This document shows, piece after piece, positions 1 to 9,018 of a stretch of DNA of 64,000 nt. Below the pieces are notes generated by a model. That model did not search any database. It had not been told where the DNA came from and saw nothing but the letters and a program-made list of their open reading frames with translations. The translations under genes were made by a program, and so were the position numbers. Source of the stretch: a virus (taxonomy: Duplodnaviria; Caudoviricetes); IMG/VR virus record IMGVR_UViG_2608642293_000001, positions 1 through 64,000 of that record. One strand, 5' to 3'. How positions within the stretch are numbered: the first letter of the stretch is position 1; every line of letters starts with the position of its first letter.

Positions 1-50
1 TCAGCAATTACATCGCCTTTGGCTTGTATATAAGTTGCAGTCCATGGATT
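1..50 (-). pseudogene. cotJC: cotJC 3' fragment (start of it; continues left of window)
   Basis: Minus strand reads NPWTATYIQAKGDVIAD, matching the CotJC segment (B. subtilis-like ...GVPFTASYIQAKGDPIAD...). Confidence 0.9.
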
Positions 51-1671
51 CGCTTGAACTATCTAACTGCATGTTATCCAAGCAAAAAAACTTCACATCA
101 AAAATTTTGTTTGTGAAATCGCATGTTACTTTTTCAATTATATTTCTTAGTAGAGTTCGTTTTATATCTATATCATCAGTAGTATTAAAAGTTTTATTAA
201 AATCTATGAAACTTTGTATTAAATGTTTTATTTCTAAAATAGAATCCTTTAAATGGGCATGAGTTTCTTCGCTACTAGATAAGATTAACTTTAATTTATT
301 AACTTCAGTTGTCATTGCGGCAATTTGGGACCTATATATTTTTTTTACATCTTCCATTTCTGTTTTTGATAATTCATTAACGAGGTTTATAACCTGTTTT
401 TCTTTTTCAATTATTTGTGATTTTAAATTATCAACTATCTGTTTATCAGAATTTTTTAATAAATCATTCAGTTTATCATTATATGTCTTTAATATGATAT
501 TCTTATTATAGGTTTGTATTGTTTCTACTATAATAGGGTCAACAATGTCACATCTCAAGTTAGGAGCTGCACATCTATTAGTTAAATACTGCTTTTCTTT
601 ATTAGAACAAACATAATAAATATAACTCTTACCATCTTTATTTTTAGAATTATATTTTATTACCATATTTGAACCACATTTTCCACACTTTAATAGTCCA
701 GAAAACAAGGCATTATTAGATCCAGTGCCACTTCTATTTGATATTTGTTTTGATTTTTCAGCATTAGAGTCGAGTTTCTTTTGTACTCGAAGCCAATCAA
801 TTGATGGGATAATTCCAGAATGACCTGAGATGGCAACTATTATATTATCTTTATCAGTTTTTTTGTTATAAGTTAAGTATCCATTTCCATTAGCTTTACC
901 GTATACGTTAAAGTTTTTTGATTTTAGGTATTCGTGTGTAGATTCACTCGATTTGACATACAAACTACTTCTTAAAATTCTTTTTACACCAGTCAGTTCA
1001 AAGTTTACTCCAGTTTTGCTTTTATATCCATTATTGTTTAAATCTTTTACAACATTTAGAATTGAGCCTTTAGAAAGATAGTTATTATATATAAACTTTA
1101 TTATTTCTAATTCTTCATCGATAGGAATTAATTTAACAAAAGATTTTTCTTTCATTTCTTCATTCATATAATTAACTTTTTCTGAAGCATATCCAAGAGG
1201 CAGTTGCCCTCCAGACCATTTTCCTAACTTTGCAAGCTGAAGCATGTTATCTTTTACTCGTTCTGCAATTGTTTCACGTTCTAATTGGGCGAATACAGAA
1301 GCTATGTATATCATCGCACGGCCAGTAGGTGTACTGGTATCAAATCTTTCTTTAATGCTTATGAAATCGACACTATATTTTTGCAGTAATTCAAGTATTG
1401 AAGAAAAATCCGCAACATTACGTGAGATTCTATCTAATCTATAACAAATTAATACACTGATTTGATTAGATTTAATATCATTAAGTAATCTTTGGAAATT
1501 AGGTCTATTAACATTTTTACCACTAAAACCTTCATCTTCGTAGATTATGTATTCCAATTCCTCGTTTTTAAAATAAACCTCGCAATGATCTTTACATAAA
1601 TCAATTTGATTCTCAACACTTTCACCTTTGCCAGTAAAGACTGATTTTCTAGAATAGATAGCTATTTTCAT
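1..1671 (-). CDS. Large serine recombinase (integrase 1); last 13 codons are read from host cotJC DNA in another frame
   Basis: IAIYSRKS catalytic Ser motif, YEDEGFSG, YRLDRISR, recombinase domain, Zn ribbon CGKCG...C...C, coiled coil. ATG at 1671 follows a GAAGGTG RBS. Confidence 0.97.
   Translation of the reverse strand: MKIAIYSRKSVFTGKGESVENQIDLCKDHCEVYFKNEELEYIIYEDEGFSGKNVNRPNFQRLLNDIKSNQISVLICYRLDRISRNVADFSSILELLQKYSVDFISIKERFDTSTPTGRAMIYIASVFAQLERETIAERVKDNMLQLAKLGKWSGGQLPLGYASEKVNYMNEEMKEKSFVKLIPIDEELEIIKFIYNNYLSKGSILNVVKDLNNNGYKSKTGVNFELTGVKRILRSSLYVKSSESTHEYLKSKNFNVYGKANGNGYLTYNKKTDKDNIIVAISGHSGIIPSIDWLRVQKKLDSNAEKSKQISNRSGTGSNNALFSGLLKCGKCGSNMVIKYNSKNKDGKSYIYYVCSNKEKQYLTNRCAAPNLRCDIVDPIIVETIQTYNKNIILKTYNDKLNDLLKNSDKQIVDNLKSQIIEKEKQVINLVNELSKTEMEDVKKIYRSQIAAMTTEVNKLKLILSSSEETHAHLKDSILEIKHLIQSFIDFNKTFNTTDDIDIKRTLLRNIIEKVTCDFTNKIFDVKFFCLDNMQLDSSSESMDCNLYTSQRRCNC
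43..72. other. Left att junction of prophage 1 (core CATGGATT, phage arm 55-72)
   Basis: The core is repeated at 59117-59124. Arm 55-72 is a 15/18 inverted match to 59101-59118. Confidence 0.9.
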
Positions 1672-1723
1672 TAACAACACCTTCAATTCTAATTATTATA
1701 GATATGCAATTTAATATGTACTT

Positions 1724-2395
1724 TTAATAAATTTTAATTGCCTGTTTAACCTTACCTACTATTTCAATTTGATCTTTGACTATATCATACATTTGCGGAA
1801 CATATTGAGGGTCAGTGCTCATTGGAATTAGTGTTATCATATTATTATTTTGAATAACTTTTTTTACTGTAGCTTCCATTCCGTCAATCAATACAACTCC
1901 AATTGCTCCGTTTTCAACACATGGGGTTTTCTCAATTAATAATAGTGAACCATCACCGAATTCTTGATTCATACTATCCCCTTGAACACGTAAATAAAAA
2001 TAATCTGTATCTCTATTTAGAAAACTTTTTAATGTAGGCATATAACCATCGATATTATCTACAGCTAAAATAGGTTTTCCAGCTCTTACTGAACCAACTA
2101 TAGGCAAATTAATTATATTTGATTTATCTTCATTAATAGATTCATATACAGCGACTTCCTCTTTTACCCTGTCAGCTATAGTAGCGTCCCACATGTCTAT
2201 ATCATTTTTGAAAAAATCCGAAGTTTCAACGCCTAAAATATCTGCTATTTTATTTAGCTTATCTATAGTAGGGTTTGTAAATTTATTATTTTCAAGATCG
2301 CTTATGTATCCTGCGGAAATGCCACTAACCCTTGCCAAATTATTAAGACTCATTTTCTTATCTTTTCTTATCTTTCTTATATTATCACCTAACAA
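1724..2395 (-). CDS. CI-like repressor (XRE HTH + S24 autopeptidase)
   Basis: N-terminal HTH, VRAG cleavage site, LRVQGDSM catalytic Ser, TVKK Lys. Divergent from a cro-like gene. Confidence 0.95.
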   Translation of the reverse strand: MLGDNIRKIRKDKKMSLNNLARVSGISAGYISDLENNKFTNPTIDKLNKIADILGVETSDFFKNDIDMWDATIADRVKEEVAVYESINEDKSNIINLPIVGSVRAGKPILAVDNIDGYMPTLKSFLNRDTDYFYLRVQGDSMNQEFGDGSLLLIEKTPCVENGAIGVVLIDGMEATVKKVIQNNNMITLIPMSTDPQYVPQMYDIVKDQIEIVGKVKQAIKIY

Positions 2396-2409
2396 TTTAA
2401 ATTCCTCCG

Positions 2410-2580
2410 TTCATTCTGATAGAACAATAATACTACTTTTAACGTTCAATGTCAATGAAAAAAGAAGGAAATAAAAGGAATTCAATGAGATTGAAAGATA
2501 TTTTACAAATTTAGTTCAATATGATAGAATAGAAGAATTGTTCAATAGCATTGAATGTGATATTATTCAATCATACCGAA
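2410..2580. promoter_or_regulatory. Six repressor operator sites TTCAAT-N3-ATTGAA in the cI/cro intergenic region
   Basis: Sites start at 2410, 2445, 2481 (perfect), 2515, 2541 (perfect) and 2566. Confidence 0.85.
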
Positions 2581-2601
2581 CGGTGAAAGGAGGAATCAAA
2601 T

Positions 2602-2793
2602 TTGAACAGGATGAAAATTTTAAGAGAAGAATTAGGCTTGACAGTTAGGGAAGTTGCAGAGAGAGCTAATGTAGCAGTAGGTTATGTGTCAACATTAGAA
2701 AATGATAAAGAGAATAAAACTAATCCATCAAAAGATGTAATGACAAGGATTGCTAAAGCACTTGAAAGTACTGTCACAGAAATATTTTTCTAG
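2602..2793 (+). CDS. Cro-like XRE HTH regulator
   Basis: Single HTH domain, AAAGGAGG RBS, divergent from cI. Confidence 0.9.
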   Translation: MNRMKILREELGLTVREVAERANVAVGYVSTLENDKENKTNPSKDVMTRIAKALESTVTEIFF

Positions 2794-2845
2794 ATTTCAA
2801 TAATTTGTACAAGCATATCAAAGTAATCAAAACTTCAAGGAGGGG

Positions 2846-3055
2846 ATGAATTTGAAAATTAAGCTATTGAGTATTGAAAATATTCCTTACTTAGATGTTA
2901 ATTCTAAAAAAATTAATTTGTCGATTGCAAGCTCAATATATGAAGCACTTGAAGAATTACGTTCATTAAATACTGGACTAGATGTGAAATTTGAAAATTA
3001 CAATCAATTTGCTGGACTTATAAATGAGATTAATAAAATCACACAAAACGATTAA
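2846..3055 (+). CDS. Hypothetical early phage protein
   Basis: ORF with AGGAGG RBS in the early operon. Confidence 0.6.
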   Translation: MNLKIKLLSIENIPYLDVNSKKINLSIASSIYEALEELRSLNTGLDVKFENYNQFAGLINEINKITQND

Positions 3056-3259
3056 ATGCATATTATAGATTATAAAAATTTAAGGAGTAAGATCATGGCA
3101 AAACGAATTAATTACAATGAATTCAAGGTAGTATGCAATGGAGCTCCTTGTGAACAAGCACTAATGAATTATTATAGCACATTAATTGATTTTTTAGTTG
3201 AAAAGTTTGGAAAAGATTCAGTAAGAATTGCATTAGAAGAATTAATCAATGAAGTCTAA
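3056..3259 (+). CDS. Hypothetical early phage protein (start probably at internal MAKRIN)
   Basis: AAGGAG RBS precedes the internal Met. Confidence 0.6.
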   Translation: MHIIDYKNLRSKIMAKRINYNEFKVVCNGAPCEQALMNYYSTLIDFLVEKFGKDSVRIALEELINEV

Positions 3260-3327
3260 AGATGGACAGGCTGAAAAGCCTTACAAAACTGCTTAACATA
3301 ATTTACCAATAGCAAAGGAGGAACTTT

Positions 3328-4062
3328 ATGGACAACTTATTAATCAAATCAGTTGAGTTTTTCGGAGATAGCTTAGTGGCTGTTAAGGATGAATCAACAG
3401 GAAAAATTTTCACAGGAGTCAGCTATATCTGTAATGGGATAGGACTTACAAAAGGTCAAAAAGATAGACAAGTTATAAATATTCAAAGTGATTTAGTTTT
3501 AAACAAGGGGTGCCTCAAATTTGAAGCAGGGGTAATTGACCCAAACAATGAGGTTTTAGGAATAGACTTAGATTTTCTTCCACTATGGTTAGCAAAGATA
3601 TCTATAACACCTAAGATGCAAGAAGAACAACCTGAGGTAGCTGAAAAGTTAATTAACTATCAACTAAGAGCAAAAGATGTACTGGCAAAAGCATTTATCA
3701 AACCAATATCTAAAGAGCTCCAAGCAATTCTAATGATAGATGAAAAAACAGTAGAACTTGATAACAGAATGACAAAAATCGAAAACAACACAACTATAGA
3801 TTATTCACAACAACAAGAATTAAATGATCTGGCAAATAAGAAAGTAGTAGCAATACTAGGTGGAAAAGATACAGCTGCATATAGAGAATTAGCAAAGAAA
3901 GCATTCAGAAGTTTTTGGCATGATTACAAGAATAAATTAAATGTAAATTCTTATAGAAATACTTTAATTAAAGATTTTGAAGCGGCTAAACAAGCAATTA
4001 TTAATTGGAAACCAAACAGAGAGCTAGAGTTAATGATTAAAGGATGTAATAGTCCAAGCTAA
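3328..4062 (+). CDS. Phage antirepressor (P22 Ant N-like + ORF6C-like)
   Basis: VEFFGDSLVAVK...FLPLWLAKISITP N-terminus and ORF6C-type C-terminus (NSYRNT...FE.A...I.NW.P). Confidence 0.85.
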   Translation: MDNLLIKSVEFFGDSLVAVKDESTGKIFTGVSYICNGIGLTKGQKDRQVINIQSDLVLNKGCLKFEAGVIDPNNEVLGIDLDFLPLWLAKISITPKMQEEQPEVAEKLINYQLRAKDVLAKAFIKPISKELQAILMIDEKTVELDNRMTKIENNTTIDYSQQQELNDLANKKVVAILGGKDTAAYRELAKKAFRSFWHDYKNKLNVNSYRNTLIKDFEAAKQAIINWKPNRELELMIKGCNSPS

Positions 4063-4098
4063 TTAACATAATAAAAATATTGTAGGAGGAACACAAAA

Positions 4099-4512
4099 AT
4101 GAGTTATAAAAAAGCATTAGAACAGGTTCTTATAAATCTTAGATGTATAGATATAACTGAAAACGACCAGGTTGAATCATATGTGGATGATAGTATAAGG
4201 ATTATTAAGAAGGTATTGGAATCAACCAGCCCTAAAGACTACGGATTTCAACCTAGTATTTCTAAACGCGAATATGAAATGAGGGTGCTAAAAGAAGCTT
4301 GTGCACCAGTAGCTAATTATCTTAAGAAAAATCATGACCCGCATTGTGCAGTAATTATTACAGATAGTCAAATTAGATTAGTTAGAGATGAAATAGGAAT
4401 TCCAGTAGAAACTGCTCAAGAAGTACCGGTTCAAGAGCAGCAAAATGAGAAAGAAAGAGCTTTAAATTATTTAGCTATTTCTTCTTCGGAATCAGATCAT
4501 AATTTTCAGTGA
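4099..4512 (+). CDS. Hypothetical phage protein
   Basis: RBS AGGAGG; ACAPVANYLKKNHDPHCAVIIT segment. Confidence 0.65.
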   Translation: MSYKKALEQVLINLRCIDITENDQVESYVDDSIRIIKKVLESTSPKDYGFQPSISKREYEMRVLKEACAPVANYLKKNHDPHCAVIITDSQIRLVRDEIGIPVETAQEVPVQEQQNEKERALNYLAISSSESDHNFQ

Positions 4513-4768
4513 GCCAAGAATGATAATTTTCGATTAAATTGACATTAGCCATTAGAGAATTAAATACAGTTGGATTATTTACAAGAGTAATCATATATGC
4601 TTGAAATTCTAAAGCACTTAAGTCTTTAAAATCATCTGGATTAGCATCTTTAATTTTTGATTTAACCTCTTTAGAAATTTGTTCAAGAGTCTCTGGAAGA
4701 AACTTTTTAAAGCATTGCTCTTTGAAATCTAAAAATTTATTATCCATAAATACACCCTCTTTCAACAT
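4475..4768 (-). CDS. Hypothetical counter-oriented moron (likely start MDNKF)
   Basis: Opposite strand to the operon; GAGGGTG RBS before the internal Met. Confidence 0.55.
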   Translation of the reverse strand: MLKEGVFMDNKFLDFKEQCFKKFLPETLEQISKEVKSKIKDANPDDFKDLSALEFQAYMITLVNNPTVFNSLMANVNLIENYHSWLTENYDLIPKKK

Positions 4769-4968
4769 AATTTTACCATATGCTGAAAGAAAAAGTAAAA
4801 GGAGGAATTAAATTTGATTGAATCAGGAACAGTATTCAATCACGAAGGAGAAAATTGGGAAGTTGAAATATACGACCAATATGAGGATAAGTATATTTGC
4901 AAAAATTTAGCTTCACATAATTTTCAAACTGGAAAGTTCAGTGAAGTGGAAATAAGGGAGGATTTAAA

Positions 4969-5175
4969 ATGCAAGGCCAAATGATTATTTTCACTGGAAC
5001 TAAAGAAGAAATATTGGATAAGCTAGATGCAGCTATTGAAGAAGCTAAAGCAGAAATGGAGACAAGCATTGCAAATAACTCAGACAATCTTACTTTTGAT
5101 GAAACAGTTAGGCTAAGTCAAAAACTAGATCCACTAATAGCACATAAGCAGAGGATGATGTTATATGGTTGCTAG
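4969..5175 (+). CDS. Spo0E-like aspartyl-phosphate phosphatase family protein
   Basis: Two-helix size with LTFDETVRLSQKLDPLI, close to the Spo0E SQELD signature; GGGAGG RBS. Confidence 0.7.
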   Translation: MQGQMIIFTGTKEEILDKLDAAIEEAKAEMETSIANNSDNLTFDETVRLSQKLDPLIAHKQRMMLYGC

Positions 5176-5282
5176 GTGTACATGTGGTCCAATATGGAAT
5201 ATTAGTATATATGCCCAGATTCCTACAGATGGCTATAAATGTCCATGGTGTAGAGAAAAGGAAAGAAAGGAAATGATGCAAA

Positions 5283-5528
5283 GTGAAATCAACAGGAATA
5301 GTAAGAGCAGTAGATCCACTAGGAAGAATCGTAATTCCTATGGAACTAAGAAAAACTTTAGGCATAACAGAATTAAGTAGTATGGAAATCTTTACAGATA
5401 ATGAATCTATAATTTTAAGAAAATATAATCCTGGTTGTAGCTGCTGTAAAGAAGCAGGAGTTGAACTAAAGGAAGTTAGTGGAATTAAGCTTTGTGCTAA
5501 ATGTATAGAAAAAATTAAAAAGTTATAA
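5283..5528 (+). CDS. abrB: AbrB-family transition-state regulator
   Basis: MKSTGIVRAVDPLGRIVIPMELRKTLGI...IILRKY with C-terminal CxxC...CxxC. Confidence 0.9.
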   Translation: MKSTGIVRAVDPLGRIVIPMELRKTLGITELSSMEIFTDNESIILRKYNPGCSCCKEAGVELKEVSGIKLCAKCIEKIKKL

Positions 5529-5832
5529 AGGAAAAGTTGGAGTATGAATGTAGAAATAAAAAAAACTACTAAGGACCCGACCAAAGTATCCGAAGTAGCC
5601 ATGCGTAAAAATTCAACTCCATTATACCATATGAGGGGAGAAATGCAAGTTGCTAGTTAAATGTAGTGCAATAACATGTATCCATAATAAAGATGGGATG
5701 TGTAGCTCAGAATCAATAGAAATGATTGATTTTGAGTATTATGAAGACTCTGAAGGTAAGAGAAAAAATTTATCAGAAGATGATATGAAATGTTCGACTT
5801 ACAAAAGTATTTATAGAGATTAGGAGGCAAGT

Positions 5833-6486
5833 ATGGCCGAGAATAAAGAACAACCAAAGTTAAACATACAGAAAAAAATATCTAGGGCAAGAGTGATGCT
5901 TCAAGAAAAAGAATTGAAAAAGACCGGATACAATAAGTACTCCAACTACACTTATTTTGAATTAGGTGATTTTCTACCTCACATTAATAGAATATGTGAT
6001 GAACTTGGGTTATATTGCGAATTCCAATTTGAGGCTAATGAAGCTAAGCTTACTATTACTGATTCAGACAAAATTGAAGATTTTAAAACCTGGTCAACCC
6101 CGGTTGAAATAGCAATTTTAAAAGGATGCAGTGCAATACAGAATATAGGAGGGACCCAAAGTTTTGCAAGAAGATATTTATATATAATGGCATTTGAAAT
6201 AGCCGAATCAGATTCAATAGAAGGTGGAGAAGTAGATCAAGAGGCTGAACAAGGTAAACAAAAAATTAATAAAGCTAGTGTATTTACAATTAAAAGTCTG
6301 TTAGATGAAACTCATTCCAACGAAAAGAAGTTCTTAGAATGGGCAGGAGTATCAAAAATTGAGGATATAACAAATGCTGCCTTGGGGACATGCATAAATA
6401 AATTAAATAGGATAAAAGAAAAGTTAGAGAAAGAAAAAAAAGATACTGAAAAAGAAAATATAATTCCAGAACAAATAGATTTTTAG
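5833..6486 (+). CDS. ERF-family single-strand annealing protein
   Basis: KKTGYNKYSNYTYFELGD and IGGTQSFARRYLY motifs. Confidence 0.85.
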   Translation: MAENKEQPKLNIQKKISRARVMLQEKELKKTGYNKYSNYTYFELGDFLPHINRICDELGLYCEFQFEANEAKLTITDSDKIEDFKTWSTPVEIAILKGCSAIQNIGGTQSFARRYLYIMAFEIAESDSIEGGEVDQEAEQGKQKINKASVFTIKSLLDETHSNEKKFLEWAGVSKIEDITNAALGTCINKLNRIKEKLEKEKKDTEKENIIPEQIDF

Positions 6487-6497
6487 GAGATGGACCA

Positions 6498-7412
6498 ATG
6501 AAAGATTTAGAAGTAATTAAGGAGTTGCCAATAATAAAAACAAACTTTAAAGATGTGAAAGTATCTTTAAAGGAAACAATCGCTAAATATAGAGGGATAG
6601 TAGTAACAGAAGAAGGATTACAGGATTGCAAAGCCACTCAAAAAGAACTTGCAGGACTTAGAAACAAGATTGATGACTTTAGAAAAACAGTTAAGAAAGA
6701 TATGGAAGTTCCTATTAGAGAATTTGAAGGGCAGTGTAAAGAACTTATGGGTTTAATTTCAGATGCAGAGCAGCCAATCAAAGAAGGAATTACTATATTT
6801 GATAATAAACGTAGAGAGGAAAAGAGAAACAAGGCATTAGAACTTATTCAGGAAAGTATACAAGCATATCAGTTAAATGAAAAGTATTCATCTAATTTAA
6901 CTGTATTGGACAAATACTTAAATCTTTCAGCAAGTGCTAAAAGTGTCAAAGAGGATATAGCACAAAGAGCTGCAAGTTTAGCGAAAGAACAGCAAGATGA
7001 ACTAAAATTAAAAGAAATAGAGAAATCTACAATATTAGCAACTATAGAGAGTGCTAATGTAAATATAAAATCAAAGCTAAAATTTGAGGATTTTGATAGA
7101 TATATAAATATGAATTATCCATTAGATAAGATAGTTAAAGAAATTAATATCAGAGCAGAAGCTATAAGTAAAGCAGAGAACCCACCAGAACCTCCTAAGG
7201 AAGAAATAAAGCCTATAGATAAAGTAAATGAACAGAAGGTTATTCATACACATTCTAAACTAGTTCAAAAGCAAGCAAAAGAAATAGAAACATTGTATTT
7301 CTATGAACTTAGAGTAGTTGCTAATGGGGAAAATATGTTGAAATTAAAAGAATTGGTACAAAGTGAAGGATTTAAATATGAAACATTAAATAAAGGTATA
7401 TTCAAAAAATAG
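6498..7412 (+). CDS. DUF1351-like coiled-coil phage protein
   Basis: YRGIVVTEE...KELAGLRNKIDDFRKTVKK pattern; adjacent to ERF. Confidence 0.75.
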   Translation: MKDLEVIKELPIIKTNFKDVKVSLKETIAKYRGIVVTEEGLQDCKATQKELAGLRNKIDDFRKTVKKDMEVPIREFEGQCKELMGLISDAEQPIKEGITIFDNKRREEKRNKALELIQESIQAYQLNEKYSSNLTVLDKYLNLSASAKSVKEDIAQRAASLAKEQQDELKLKEIEKSTILATIESANVNIKSKLKFEDFDRYINMNYPLDKIVKEINIRAEAISKAENPPEPPKEEIKPIDKVNEQKVIHTHSKLVQKQAKEIETLYFYELRVVANGENMLKLKELVQSEGFKYETLNKGIFKK

Positions 7413-7423
7413 GAGCTGATTAA

Positions 7424-8128
7424 ATGAATGAAGGGTGGTTTAAGATTCACAGGTGTCTGTTTAAAAAAGCCATTTGGTTAAATTCAACTCCAGAGCAAAA
7501 AGTTATTCTTATCACCCTTCTAGGAATGGCTAACCATGAAGGAAAAGAACGGGAATGGCAAGGTAAACAATTTAAAGCTAATCCTGGCGAATTTGTAACA
7601 AGTTCTAAGTCGATAATCGAAAAAGCTGGAAAAGGTATATCACGACAAAATGTAAGAACTGCACTCGAAAAATTCAAAAAATACGAATTTTTAACCTACG
7701 AATCAACCAAGACAGGAATGCTTATAAACATAGTAAATTGGGGGGATTACCAAGGTAAAAGTAACGAAGCTAACCAACGCATTAACCAACAGGTAACCAA
7801 CGGGTCACCAACCCCTAACCAACAGGTAACCACTAACAAGAATGATAAGAATATAAAGAATGATAAGAATGAAAAGAAAGAAGAAGAAGCACAACTCCAA
7901 CCCCTTTCCTTTCCGACTCCATTTCATGAGATTATTTTTAATCAATGGCATGAAATATCATATAGGACATGGTTTGAAGGTTGTGAAATTGAAGAGAAAG
8001 AGCATTTAATTATTATTACTGTAAAAGAAGCACTTAAAAAGACTGCTATACAGAACAGTTATGCAGATCCATTAAGAATATTGCTAGGTAAGGATATTAG
8101 TATTAAGTGCATAGAAAGTGAGGAATAG
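7424..8128 (+). CDS. Phage replication initiator
   Basis: GWFKIHR N-terminal wHTH, low-complexity iteron-encoded linker, DnaA-N-like C-terminus (SYRTWFE). Confidence 0.8.
   Translation: MNEGWFKIHRCLFKKAIWLNSTPEQKVILITLLGMANHEGKEREWQGKQFKANPGEFVTSSKSIIEKAGKGISRQNVRTALEKFKKYEFLTYESTKTGMLINIVNWGDYQGKSNEANQRINQQVTNGSPTPNQQVTTNKNDKNIKNDKNEKKEEEAQLQPLSFPTPFHEIIFNQWHEISYRTWFEGCEIEEKEHLIIITVKEALKKTAIQNSYADPLRILLGKDISIKCIESEE
7770..7840. repeat. TAACCAAC-type iterons, probable phage origin
   Basis: About six (T)AACCAAC-like copies followed by A-rich GATAAGAAT repeats inside the initiator gene. Confidence 0.7.
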
Positions 8129-8133
8129 AGAAG

Positions 8134-8319
8134 ATGATAGATATTATAAATTTAATTATATCTATAAAGGCCTCAGATATTTATCTTGATGATATGACTG
8201 GAACATTAACAATAGAAGCTGCAGTAAAAGAAGCTCAAAGGAAAATGCAAAGAAGTCTAAATAAAGTCAAGGGACTTCATGAAATTATAAAGTGTTTGAG
8301 AGGTGAAGATGATGATTAA
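8134..8319 (+). CDS. Hypothetical protein
   Basis: ORF in operon with GAGG RBS. Confidence 0.5.
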   Translation: MIDIINLIISIKASDIYLDDMTGTLTIEAAVKEAQRKMQRSLNKVKGLHEIIKCLRGEDDD

Positions 8320-8617
8320 GTTTATGCAGTTAGGTAAGAACCCTGTAACTGGCGAAGACAATGAAAAGGATACTTGGGAGCTTATAAATAAAGACTTTAA
8401 AGAGGAATCAAATGAGATGCTAGAAGCTATTCAAGAAGGTAAGTTAATTCATATAGCTGAGGAAACCTTTGATGTAATTCAGGTATGCATAAGATCATTA
8501 GTCTTATTAAAGAAAAATGGAATTAATTTAGAGGTTGAAAACAAGCAACATAATAAAAAATTAGTTAAGAGACGTTGGAATTATTTGAGGTTTATCAGAG
8601 TGTTTTGGGATAAGTAG
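8303..8617 (+). CDS. MazG-like NTP pyrophosphohydrolase
   Basis: EESNEMLEA...IAEETFDVIQ acidic helical motif. Confidence 0.6.
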   Translation: MKMMIKFMQLGKNPVTGEDNEKDTWELINKDFKEESNEMLEAIQEGKLIHIAEETFDVIQVCIRSLVLLKKNGINLEVENKQHNKKLVKRRWNYLRFIRVFWDK

Positions 8618-8627
8618 AGGTGGAATA

Positions 8628-9017
8628 ATGGCTAAATACGGAGAATGTGAAGTGTGTAATGTATTTGGAATAATTACAGAGCACCACAGGATAAAACGAA
8701 GTCAGCAGCCTGCATTAATTAAATGCAAAAAGAATATTATAAATCTTTGCAATGAATGTCATTATTCTATACACCATGGTAGAAATGGACATGCATTAGA
8801 TATAGAGCTTCAATGGGGATTTCAAAATTTCTTAGAAGAAAAGTTATTAAAACAATATTTCTCTAGAAAAGAGATTAAGGAGATTTTAGGAATAAGTGAT
8901 AAAGCTACAGATAGACTCTGTAAGACGATAAAACAAGAAAAAGGTATGTTCACTCGTGAAAGCATAATAAGGACGTGTATGGGCGGTAAAATCATAAGCG
9001 AAGAGGATATTTTTTAG
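8628..9017 (+). CDS. HNH-like endonuclease
   Basis: CEVC...EHHR...NLCNECHYSIH. Confidence 0.7.
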   Translation: MAKYGECEVCNVFGIITEHHRIKRSQQPALIKCKKNIINLCNECHYSIHHGRNGHALDIELQWGFQNFLEEKLLKQYFSRKEIKEILGISDKATDRLCKTIKQEKGMFTRESIIRTCMGGKIISEEDIF

Positions 9018-9018
9018 G

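Noticed and set aside
1672-1723. Sporulation sigma-factor promoter directly upstream of integrase 1
   Set aside because: CATA-containing words are present but do not fit sigma-K or sigma-E spacing convincingly.
5108-5602. Minus-strand 164-aa ORF and plus-strand 5165-5380 overlapping abrB
   Set aside because: The minus ORF is a shadow. 5165-5380 has a CxC/CxxC start and might be real, but it overlaps abrB by ~100 bp without a clear RBS, so it is not called.
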